Below, one piece after another: positions 29,452 through 37,436 of a stretch of DNA of 64,000 nucleotides (position 1 is its first letter; every line of letters begins with the position of its first letter). The position numbers were made by a program, and so were the translations under genes. Origin of the DNA: an uncultured Alphaproteobacteria bacterium (lineage in GTDB: Bacteria > Pseudomonadota > Alphaproteobacteria > Rhizobiales > Xanthobacteraceae); the NCBI GenBank assembly GCA_963765365.1, contig CAVXWL010000036.1, positions 18,502 through 82,501 of the forward strand, given 5' to 3'. Under the pieces are notes generated by a model. It was not told the DNA's origin. It did no database searches and saw nothing but the letters and a program-made list of their open reading frames with translations.

Positions 29452-29874
29452 TTAGGGGCGGCCACCCACCGCGGCGGAAAGGCAATCGATCAAAGATCGC
29501 TCGTCAAATGGCTTGGTCAAGAAGCCGATGGCGCCGGCGCCCAACGCATGCTCGCGTCGTCTGTCATCCGGAAAGGCGGTGATGAAAATGATCGGGATGC
29601 GATAGCCCTTGCTGCCGAGCTCGCGTTGGAGGTCCAAGCCGCTTAGGCCCGGCATTTGCAAATCGGTGATGACGCAAGCCGTTGTGTTCAAGACGTCGGA
29701 CTCAAGAAATTGCTCCGCGGACACGAACGCGAACGCCTCGTAGCCAAGCGATTCGACAAGCACCCGTATCCCATCCCGGGCCCAGCCATCGTCGTCGACG
29801 ATCGAGATGGTGGCTGGCTTAGGCAATTTGAGAAGCCCCGCTCCGCAAGATCTTTTCCTTTGTAAATTCGCCAA
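29452..29874 (-). CDS. Receiver-only response regulator
   Basis: ISIVDDD, VITDLQMPG, GFLTKP receiver motifs; no output domain. Confidence 0.85.
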   Translation of the reverse strand: MANLQRKRSCGAGLLKLPKPATISIVDDDGWARDGIRVLVESLGYEAFAFVSAEQFLESDVLNTTACVITDLQMPGLSGLDLQRELGSKGYRIPIIFITAFPDDRRREHALGAGAIGFLTKPFDERSLIDCLSAAVGGRP

Positions 29875-29919
29875 ATCCTGTCTTGGCTCATATCCACAGG
29901 TGAGGTGTCATTCCGAAAA

Positions 29920-30561
29920 TCATCTGGATCGCCCAATGCCGAGCGTGTCGGCAATTCGCACCAAATCGGCAACGGAGTGCGCCTCCATTTTTCTCATCAG
30001 GTTATGCCGATGGGCTTTTATGGTGCCTTCGCTGAGGCCGATCCGGGCCGCGGTCTCCTTGTTCATCATTCCTGCAATGACATGGGCCATTACTTCGCGC
30101 TCGCGCTCGCTGAGCATTGCGTAGCGGCGCCGCATTTCCGATAGCTCGTTATCCAACCGCCGTTCCTTGCGATCGCGGGCAAGCGCCGCGCCGACGGCGT
30201 TCAGCACGTCCTGTTCGCGCAGCGGCTTGGTGAGGAAATCTACGGCGCCGGACTTCATGGCGTCCACCGTCATCGGGATGTCGCCATGTCCGGTAATGAA
30301 AATGACGGGAATCTTGTTCCGCGCCTCGATCAGCTCTTTTTGAAAATCAAGGCCGTTTATTCCCGGCATGCGAATGTCCAGTATCAGACAACGCGAATCG
30401 CCGGACGGGCTGCTGCGTAAAAAGTCTTGCACCGATGCGAAAGTGATGCAGCCGAGGCCGACCAATTCAAGCAAATGCTTGAGGCCGCTGCGGACGTCGG
30501 GATCGTCATCCACGACAAAGACCACAGAATCTGCATCGGGCTGGATTAGCGTCGTCGCCAT
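29920..30561 (-). CDS. FixJ/LuxR-type two-component response regulator
   Basis: Start at MATTLIQ; VFVVDDD, LILDIRMPG, DFLTKP receiver plus LSEREREVM..ETAARIGLSEGTIKAHRHNLMRKM HTH. Confidence 0.9.
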   Translation of the reverse strand: MATTLIQPDADSVVFVVDDDPDVRSGLKHLLELVGLGCITFASVQDFLRSSPSGDSRCLILDIRMPGINGLDFQKELIEARNKIPVIFITGHGDIPMTVDAMKSGAVDFLTKPLREQDVLNAVGAALARDRKERRLDNELSEMRRRYAMLSEREREVMAHVIAGMMNKETAARIGLSEGTIKAHRHNLMRKMEAHSVADLVRIADTLGIGRSR

Positions 30562-30842
30562 CAGGACGTCCTTTGAGGGGTCTCTCATAAATATTGAACC
30601 ACGCCGGCCGCGCGGAGAAAACCGCGCGCGGACGCCGATGGCACAATCAACATCAGGAGGAACGGGTTCAGTCATGACCGTTTCGCCCGGCTGCGAATGT
30701 GCGCCCTTCGGCTTTGTCACCGGCCGAGGCTGCGCTGAGGAGTTTCGCCGAACTGGAAGAGGGCGGTCTCCGGGACGCTGGGTACGCGTCCGGCGCACAT
30801 TCTGCTCCAAAGTCCATGTTAAAGAGGGCCGGGGACGAGGCT

Positions 30843-30856
30843 TTGATTTACATCAA
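30843..30856. promoter_or_regulatory. FNR/FixK-type box TTGATTTACATCAA
   Basis: Exact TTGA-N6-TCAA, about 100 nt upstream of the kinase start at 30949. Confidence 0.7.
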
Positions 30857-30948
30857 ATATCGCGACAATTGGCGATCCCGGCTCCTGCGTCACTTTTGCC
30901 GTCCGGTGGGCCTGTTCGCTGGCGTGTATTGCGTTAGGATGGCGCGCA

Positions 30949-32599
30949 TTGCGACAGCATAAGGCTAATTCATCGACTGCGGAGGCACGCGTGGCCGGAC
31001 GCGGGGCGACCGACGGATTAGATTTCTCGATTGCAACAATTCCGCCGACGCCGCGGCAGCGAAAGCTCGCCGTCGGCGTCGTGGCGGTGCTGCTCGTTGG
31101 ATTTGCGGTTGTCGCTCCGTTCGCCGCGACGCGATTGCCGCGCCTGGACAGTTTCGTTCCCACCGTCGAGGCCATCGTCCTCGTGGCCGACCTCGCGACG
31201 TCAGCACTGTTGTTTAGCCAGTACGCCAATGTGCAGTTGCGCGGCCTCCTGATTTTGGCGGACGGTTATCTTCTCTCGGCGCTGATCGTCGTTCCGCACG
31301 CGCTTTCATATCCGGGCGCATTTGCGCCCGGCGGACTATTCGTCTCGGGACTTCAGGTTACGCCGTGGCTTTATACGGCCTGGCATTTGCTGTTCTCAGT
31401 CGCGGTCCTCGTCTATGCATGTCTCAAGCGCGAGACGCAAAACGATATTTCAGGCGCTGCCACGGCGTATCCTGCGATTTATTGGAATGTCGCTGCGGTC
31501 GCGACCTTCGTCTGTGCGTTTACATGGCTCGTTACGGCGGGAGAAAAGTTCGTACCGCGGCTGATTGCCGACGAGGTCAGCTTTACGCCGATGGCGAGTT
31601 ATGTGACCGGCGTGACCGTGGCGACAACCATTTCTGCGCTTCTGGCACTTTGGGTTCGGCGCAATTCGCTCCTCGATCTTTGGCTCATGGTTGCAACCGT
31701 TGCGGCGCTCGTTGAACAGGCGATCGTCAGCTTATTTATCGGCGGCCGCTTCAGCGTGGGCTTTTACACAAGCCGTCTATTCTCGGTCGTGGTCTCGACG
31801 ATTGTCCTGGTCGCGCTGCTTTCGGAAACGATTACACTTTACGCACGGCTGGTGCGCGCCAACCGCGCGCTGCAGCGTGAGCGCGACAGCAAGCTGCTGA
31901 ATCTCGAAGTGGCCGTGGCGGCGATCGCGCACGAGGTCCGCCAGCCCTTGACCGGCATCGCCACGATGAGCGCGGCCGCACGCCGGTTCCTGTCGCGCGA
32001 ACCGCCGGATATTCCACGCGTTCAGGCGATATTGGATGAGGTCGCAGGCGCCGGCTTTCGCACCAACGAGGTGATTGAAAGTGTCCGCGCGTTGTTCCGG
32101 AGTCCTGAGCAGGATCAGCATCCGGTGGACCTCAACGGCGTGACGCTGGAAGCCCTGCAATTGCTGCGCCGGGACTTCGATGATTACGGTATCATTGTAA
32201 GCACGGAGCTGACATCCGAATTGCCGCTGATCATGGGGAATAAAGGGCAATTGCGGGAGGTCGTCCTGAAATCTGATGCAAAATGCCATCGATGCCATGG
32301 CGGGCGTTATGGATCGGCGGCGGCGCCTGCGCGTCGAGACCGAACGGCGCGAGGGAACGGTTGCAATATCCGTGGAAGATAGCGGTCCTGGGATCGATCC
32401 AAAAAGTCTGCCGGGCATCTTCGATCCGTTTGTGACCACAAAGACGAATGGCATGGGATTGGGCCTCGCCATCTCGCAGATAATCGTCGAACGACATAAC
32501 GGCCAGCTTGCGGTGGTCCCCGGCGCCGTCCGTGGTGCGCGATTTCAAGTCACGTTTCCGATCAAACCAGCAAGCGATGCGGCGGGGGCAACCGGTTAA
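30949..32599 (+). pseudogene. Membrane sensor histidine kinase, frameshifted between HisKA and HATPase (A-run 32269-32271)
   Basis: Multi-TM N-terminal half, H-box AHEVRQPLTGI, then GQLREVVL | NLMQNAIDAM..DSGPGI..GMGLGLA continues in the next frame (ORF 32276-32599); CTGAAATCTGATG would read LNLM with one A fewer. Confidence 0.8.
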
Positions 32600-32621
32600 G
32601 TTCTCCGCGCGCGGCGTAAAT

Positions 32622-33425
32622 TCAATATCGCTCGGTTACGAAGCGCCAATTCTTCAATGGCGCCTGGTCGTCATATTTATTTTTCTTCGAACGCGGCGGC
32701 AGCGTCACTTTTTCACGCGGCAGTTTTTTGTAGGGGATGCGCGAGAGAAGATGTGAAATGCAATTCAGCCGTCCGCGCCGCTTGTCATCGGTCCGTACGA
32801 TGTACCAGGGCGCGATTTTGGTGTCGGTTGCTTCCAGCATGAGGTCGCGAGCTCGAGAGTAATCGTACCAGTGGCTATAGGACTCGACATCCATCGGGCT
32901 CAATTTCCATTGCCGCATCGGGTCGTCGATGCGCGCCATGAAACGACGCTCCTGCTCCTCCATGCCGACTTCCAGCCAGATTTTGATCAGAATGATGCCG
33001 GCTTCGGCGACGTAACCCTCGATCGTCGGACAAAGCTCCAAAAAGCGCTTGTGCTGCTCCTTGGTTGCAAATCCCATGACGTATTCGACACCCGCCCGAT
33101 TATACCAGCTGCGATCGAAGATCACGACTTCACCCGCCGCGGGAAATTGAGTGACGTAGCGTTGCAAGAACATCTGGCCCTTCTCGCGGTCGCTTGGGGC
33201 CGGTAGGGCGACGACTCGGAAAACGCGGGGGCTCACCCGTTCGGTGATTGCCTTGATGGTGCCGCCTTTGCCCGCGGCGTCTCGCCCTTCGAAGACGATG
33301 ATGATCTTCAGGCCCTTGGCTTTAATCCATTCCTGCAGGCGGCAAAGTTCGACCTGGAGCTTGCGCAGCTCTTTTTCGTAGGCTTTGCGTTTGAGGGCTT
33401 CCGGCGCCTTAGCTTTTCCTGCCAT
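32622..33425 (-). CDS. ppk2: Polyphosphate kinase 2
   Basis: Start at MAGKAK; FEGRDAAGKGG Walker A, FDRSWYNR, typical PPK2 layout. Confidence 0.9.
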   Translation of the reverse strand: MAGKAKAPEALKRKAYEKELRKLQVELCRLQEWIKAKGLKIIIVFEGRDAAGKGGTIKAITERVSPRVFRVVALPAPSDREKGQMFLQRYVTQFPAAGEVVIFDRSWYNRAGVEYVMGFATKEQHKRFLELCPTIEGYVAEAGIILIKIWLEVGMEEQERRFMARIDDPMRQWKLSPMDVESYSHWYDYSRARDLMLEATDTKIAPWYIVRTDDKRRGRLNCISHLLSRIPYKKLPREKVTLPPRSKKNKYDDQAPLKNWRFVTERY

Positions 33426-33502
33426 GACCAATTCACCCCGACGATGCAATGAACCCAACTCGTTGAAACCATTGATGGTAGCCCCAAAATAAATACGCAT
33501 TC

Positions 33503-33516
33503 TTGAGATAGATCAA
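33503..33516. promoter_or_regulatory. FNR/FixK-type box TTGAGATAGATCAA
   Basis: Exact TTGA-N6-TCAA between ppk2 (-) and 33571 (+). Confidence 0.7.
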
Positions 33517-33570
33517 ACTCTATCGCGGTGGAGGCGGCTAAGGAGTATCGGATTTGCGAGGACTGGTGCC

Positions 33571-34044
33571 ATGGCCGAAGCGACGAAGTCTGCGACGTCA
33601 GATCCCCTGGCGGGCTTGCCGAGCGCCAAAGAGGTGATGGCGGAAATTGCCCGCAAGGAGGCCGAGAAGGCGTCGGCGGCGGTGCAGGAAATGTCGGCGG
33701 CGGACGCCGAGAAAAAGGCTTTGCTGGAGAAGTTTTCCAAGCCGTCCGGCGTTTCCGACGAAGATCGGCTCGAGCGCGCAGCCGCCATCATCAGGCGCGC
33801 CGCCAGCAATGGCCTGTTCGAGGTGGAGATCGTTCGCTTTCCCAACGAGATGTGCACCGACCGCGGCCGCGCGATCAATCAGGGCGAAGCAGGATGGGAA
33901 AAGACTCTGACGGGATTCCCGAAGGAGCTCTATGACTTCTGGGAACGGCACCTAAGGTCCAAGGGCTACAAAGTCGGATTCCGAATTGTGGATTTCCCTG
34001 GCGGCGTGCCCGGCGACGTCGGCATGACGCTACGCTGGAATTAG
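33571..34044 (+). CDS. Conserved hypothetical protein (157 aa)
   Basis: Coherent ORF with a charged helical N-terminal half; FixK-type box about 60 nt upstream. Confidence 0.55.
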   Translation: MAEATKSATSDPLAGLPSAKEVMAEIARKEAEKASAAVQEMSAADAEKKALLEKFSKPSGVSDEDRLERAAAIIRRAASNGLFEVEIVRFPNEMCTDRGRAINQGEAGWEKTLTGFPKELYDFWERHLRSKGYKVGFRIVDFPGGVPGDVGMTLRWN

Positions 34045-34081
34045 CGGCGTCGCGAATTTATTTCTCTCGATCCTTCGTCCG

Positions 34082-34753
34082 TCAGGCGGGCTTGGGTTTT
34101 TTGGTCTTCCGCTTTTTATTCTTTGTACGGCCGGCCAAGTCCTTGGCGACGATGTCGTCGATTTTCTGCATGACCATGGTGTGAAGTCGCGGCGATTTGT
34201 CGATCGTCGTGTGCGAAAGACCGGTCTCCGCGGTGAGATCGAAATTCGTGAGTTCACCCTGAAAGCCGGGTCCTGCGGCGACCCGCTTACCGAAGCCGTT
34301 TTGCTGAAACAAGTTCACCAGGTGCAGAACATTCTTCGGCACCGGCTGCGGGCTGGTCGCGTCGAAGGTGACGATCAGTTCGATCGGAATATTCTGCCGA
34401 TTGAGCTCATTGGCAATGTCGAAGGTCGCATTGGCTCCCAGGGAGTGACCGATAAGCACGATGATCGGCTTGTGGCCGCGGGTATATTGGTCGGCAATGC
34501 GCTTGGCCGCGGTAGGCCAGCCATTCGTGCTGTAGACGCGCGCGCTATATCCTTGGCGGTTCAGCTTTTCCGTGAGCGTGTCCATGCCGCGGGAGAAAAT
34601 GTCGGCAAGCCCGCGAAATAGATCGACCTGAACCTGCTTTGCGGTAGGGGCGTCTGGCTGCGCCGCATTCGCCAATCCGCACCAATCCATCACCGGCAAA
34701 ACCGTGGCGCCAGCAAAGAGTCTCCGAAGAAAAAGTCGCCGCTCTATCTGCAT
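34082..34753 (-). CDS. Secreted alpha/beta-hydrolase (lipase/esterase-like)
   Basis: Start at MQIERRLFLRRLFAG (Tat-like signal), nucleophile elbow GHSLG; Lys-rich tail. Confidence 0.65.
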   Translation of the reverse strand: MQIERRLFLRRLFAGATVLPVMDWCGLANAAQPDAPTAKQVQVDLFRGLADIFSRGMDTLTEKLNRQGYSARVYSTNGWPTAAKRIADQYTRGHKPIIVLIGHSLGANATFDIANELNRQNIPIELIVTFDATSPQPVPKNVLHLVNLFQQNGFGKRVAAGPGFQGELTNFDLTAETGLSHTTIDKSPRLHTMVMQKIDDIVAKDLAGRTKNKKRKTKKPKPA

Positions 34754-34797
34754 GTTTTTCCCCTCTGCGACTAACGTCAATGCACCTGGAACCGCCG

Positions 34798-35253
34798 TTA
34801 CTTGATCGATTTTTGCGATGACCATCCGCGGCCGGCGATGGTCAGGCCGCCGAGATCAGGCACGATCTTTCCGGTGTCGCGACCGTGCAATTCTACAACG
34901 ACGCCTTTGGTGTTCTTCAGCCTTGCCGGGTGTGCCGCGGTGGCAACGGCAGAGTTGCCTTCAGGGCCAGCATAAGGGCCCAGAATGTCGGACGGGCTTT
35001 GCAAATTTGTAGCCCTGCCGACCAGATAGCTCCGCGCGGACTTGAATTTGCTGGCGTCGATGCCACCGACATCGATGCGATATCGGCGACCATGATAGAA
35101 CAGGCTGCCGCTGCCCTCGATGTGGGCGCCCGATTTTATGAATATGATGTGGAGCTGGCCGTCCTCCGCAAACGACGGCTTCATCGCGGCGCCGAGCAAG
35201 GTAATTGCGGCGGCGGATGCGGCAATAAAATTCCTTGGTCGTGATCCAAGCAT
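34798..35253 (-). CDS. Secreted Gly-rich conserved hypothetical protein (paralog of 26259-26699)
   Basis: Internal Met MLGSRPRNFIAASAAAITLLGAAMKPSFA is a signal peptide; its ATG overlaps the repaired GNAT stop (TGATG at 35251-35255). Confidence 0.6.
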   Translation of the reverse strand: MLGSRPRNFIAASAAAITLLGAAMKPSFAEDGQLHIIFIKSGAHIEGSGSLFYHGRRYRIDVGGIDASKFKSARSYLVGRATNLQSPSDILGPYAGPEGNSAVATAAHPARLKNTKGVVVELHGRDTGKIVPDLGGLTIAGRGWSSQKSIK

Positions 35254-35823
35254 CAATTGACGCCGTGGTTCAGGGGTTTCTCGGCCGGCGCGCTTTGCGG
35301 ATGCAGGTAAAGCGTCACGTTTATCGAGTCCGAACTCACGCTTGGTGCTGATGCGAACGCCGGCGCGCTCGAATATCTTCAGCATGGGTGTGTTCGCCGG
35401 CAGCACATGCGCCAAAAGTTCATCAAGTCCAGCATTCCGCGCGATCGTGATGACATGACGCATAAGAACTGAGCCGATGCCCAAACCCTGATATCGATCG
35501 ACAACCGTAAATGCGACCTCGGCCTGCCGCGGGTTCTCGACCACGTAACGTGCACCGCCGGCGATCGTCGGTTTCCCATTGTCCTCAATGACCGCGACGA
35601 GCGCGACATGCTTGATGAAATCGATGTCGAGGAAGAATGAACGCTCTTTTTCAGTGAAATGGCGCTTAGCCGCGAAAAACCGCCGATAGAGCGACTGACT
35701 GCTCACCCGGTCGACGGCCGCAAGATAGTCATCCCGATCTTCCGGCCGCAGCGCGCGGACGGTCAGGCGACGTCCGTCGCCAAGTGCCTCTATTGCCGAA
35801 TAATATGCGGCATTCGGTTCCAT
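35253..35823 (-). pseudogene. GNAT family N-acetyltransferase with C-terminal frameshift (near 35334), giving an apparent fusion ORF
   Basis: RYQGLGIGSVLMRHV acetyl-CoA motif; after ..STKRE the next frame reads SDSINVTLYLHPQSAPAEKPLNHGVN-stop. Confidence 0.7.
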
Positions 35824-35861
35824 GTTTGGCCGAGATTGGGACAGCAGCGTTCTGGATAGCA

Positions 35862-35875
35862 TTGATCTATATCAA
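35862..35875. promoter_or_regulatory. FNR/FixK-type box TTGATCTATATCAA
   Basis: Exact TTGA-N6-TCAA between the GNAT gene (-) and 35931 (+), about 60 nt before the ATG at 35931. Confidence 0.7.
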
Positions 35876-35930
35876 ACGCACAATTCGGCCCGGCCGCTAA
35901 ATTCGCCGGTCAGCCGGCAAGGAGGAAGCG

Positions 35931-37427
35931 ATGATCCCAAAAATAACAAGATCGATCGTGTTTGCGGTCTTTGTTCTGTTGCCGTTTGCCGCTCTGGCGC
36001 AGGGATCGCCGCCACCGGCCGCGGCGCCGTCCTCCCAGACGCTTCTCAAACCGGAACAGCTCGACGCGCTGGTCGCGCCGATTGCTCTTTATCCGGACAA
36101 TCTCCTGTCGCAGGTGCTGATGGCGTCGACTTATCCGCTTGAAGTCGTGCATGCGGAACGTTGGCTTGAGGCCAACAAGAAGCTCTCGGGTGAGCAGCTT
36201 GAGGTCGCTGTCGCCAAGCAGGATTGGGACGACAGCATAAAATCGCTGGTAGCGACGCCAAGCGTGCTTGCCATGATGAGCGAGAAGCTTGATTGGACCC
36301 AGAAACTGGGCAACGCGGTCGTCGGGCAACAGCCGGATGTGATGGATGCCGTCCAGCGGCTGCGTGCCAAGGCGCAAGCGAATGACAAATTACAATCGAC
36401 CAAGGAGCAAAAGGTCACGGTGACTCAGTCACAAGGCAAGCAGGTCATTGCCATCGCGCCGGCCGACCCGAATACGGTCTATGTGCCGTATTACAATCCC
36501 GCCGTCGTCTATGGGTCGTGGCCGTATCCGTCCTATCCCCCGTATTATTGGCCGCCACCCGGTTATATCGCCGGCGGTCTCATCGCGACGGGTCTGGCTT
36601 TCGGCGCGGGCTACGCGCTCGGCCGGTGGGCGTCAGGGGGCTATTGGGGCGGCAGCGTCAATTGGAGCAACAACAATATCACCATAAACCGGCCTGGCGG
36701 CGGCGGCGGCAATTGGAACCGCGGGGCACATATCGAGCATCGCGCCGGTAATCGCGGCAACCGCCAACTCGATTTCCGCGGCCGCAACGGTCAACAGGTG
36801 ATCCGGCCGGGTAACGATCGCGGCAATCTCGGCAATCGCAACCATGCGAGTACCCGTCCGTCGGGCGGCAATCGTCCACACGCGGGCCATCGTCCAGCCG
36901 GCGGCAACCGTCCACACACGGGTCATCGTCCGGCCGGCGGTAATCGTCCTCATGCGGGCCATCGTCCAGCGGGTGGCAACCGTGGCGGGCATGCCGGCAA
37001 TCGCGTCCAGCATAGGGCGGCTGGTGGTGGCGGCCATCGCGGCGGCGGCGGCGGTCATCGCGGTGGTGGCGGTGGAGGCCATCGTGGCGGCGGCGGCGGC
37101 CATCGCGGTGGTGGCGGCGGCGGCGGCCATCGCGGTGGTGGCGGCGGTGGACGGCGGTCCGACATCAGGCTCAAGCACGACATCGTGCTTGTCGGTCGCC
37201 TCGATAACGGGTTGGGCGTCTACCGGTTCGTCTACAACGGTGGCAACAAGGCCTATGTCGGCGTGATGGCGCAGGAAGTTCAGCAGGTCATGCCGCAGGC
37301 CGTCGAGCGCGGAGCGGACGGCTACCTTCGGGTGCATTACGAAAAACTCGGCCTGAAATTCGAAAGCTATCGGCACTGGCTCCAATCCGGATCGCACCTG
37401 CCGACCGCAGTCGGCTACCGCCAGTGA
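35931..37427 (+). CDS. DUF3300-type secreted protein with His/Gly/Arg-rich repeats and a C-terminal tail-fibre-type intramolecular chaperone (Peptidase_S74-like) domain
   Basis: Signal peptide ..PFAALAQG; LDALVAPIALYPD..LL.QVL.ASTYPLEVV (DUF3300 hallmark); residues from 37158: SDIRLKHDIVLVGRLDNGLGVYRFVY..YVGVMAQEVQQVMPQAV..DGYLRVHYEKLG. Confidence 0.75.
   Translation: MIPKITRSIVFAVFVLLPFAALAQGSPPPAAAPSSQTLLKPEQLDALVAPIALYPDNLLSQVLMASTYPLEVVHAERWLEANKKLSGEQLEVAVAKQDWDDSIKSLVATPSVLAMMSEKLDWTQKLGNAVVGQQPDVMDAVQRLRAKAQANDKLQSTKEQKVTVTQSQGKQVIAIAPADPNTVYVPYYNPAVVYGSWPYPSYPPYYWPPPGYIAGGLIATGLAFGAGYALGRWASGGYWGGSVNWSNNNITINRPGGGGGNWNRGAHIEHRAGNRGNRQLDFRGRNGQQVIRPGNDRGNLGNRNHASTRPSGGNRPHAGHRPAGGNRPHTGHRPAGGNRPHAGHRPAGGNRGGHAGNRVQHRAAGGGGHRGGGGGHRGGGGGGHRGGGGGHRGGGGGGGHRGGGGGGRRSDIRLKHDIVLVGRLDNGLGVYRFVYNGGNKAYVGVMAQEVQQVMPQAVERGADGYLRVHYEKLGLKFESYRHWLQSGSHLPTAVGYRQ
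36864..36971 (+). repeat. 3 x 36-nt in-frame tandem repeat (GGNRPH[A/T]GHRPA)
   Basis: Three near-identical 36-nt units read directly from the sequence. Confidence 0.9.
37023..37151 (+). repeat. Degenerate in-frame (Gly4-7-His-Arg) coding microsatellite, about 6 units
   Basis: GGGGHRGGGGGHRGGGGGGHRGGGGGHRGGGGGGGHRGGGGGG encoded by GGY/CAT/CGY runs. Confidence 0.85.
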
Positions 37428-37436
37428 CAATGCCGA

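Noticed and set aside
33425-33500. Longer ppk2 start at 33500 (MRIYFG..)
   Set aside because: That ATG would sit 3 nt from the FixK-type box, leaving no promoter or RBS space. PPK2 proteins typically begin near the Lys-rich MAGKAK..LKRKAYEKEL segment.
36864-37151. Short tandem repeats that could be mistaken for a CRISPR-like array
   Set aside because: The repeats are contiguous with no spacers, in frame, and lie inside a continuous 498-aa ORF. They encode Gly/His/Arg/Pro peptide repeats. No cas genes are present.
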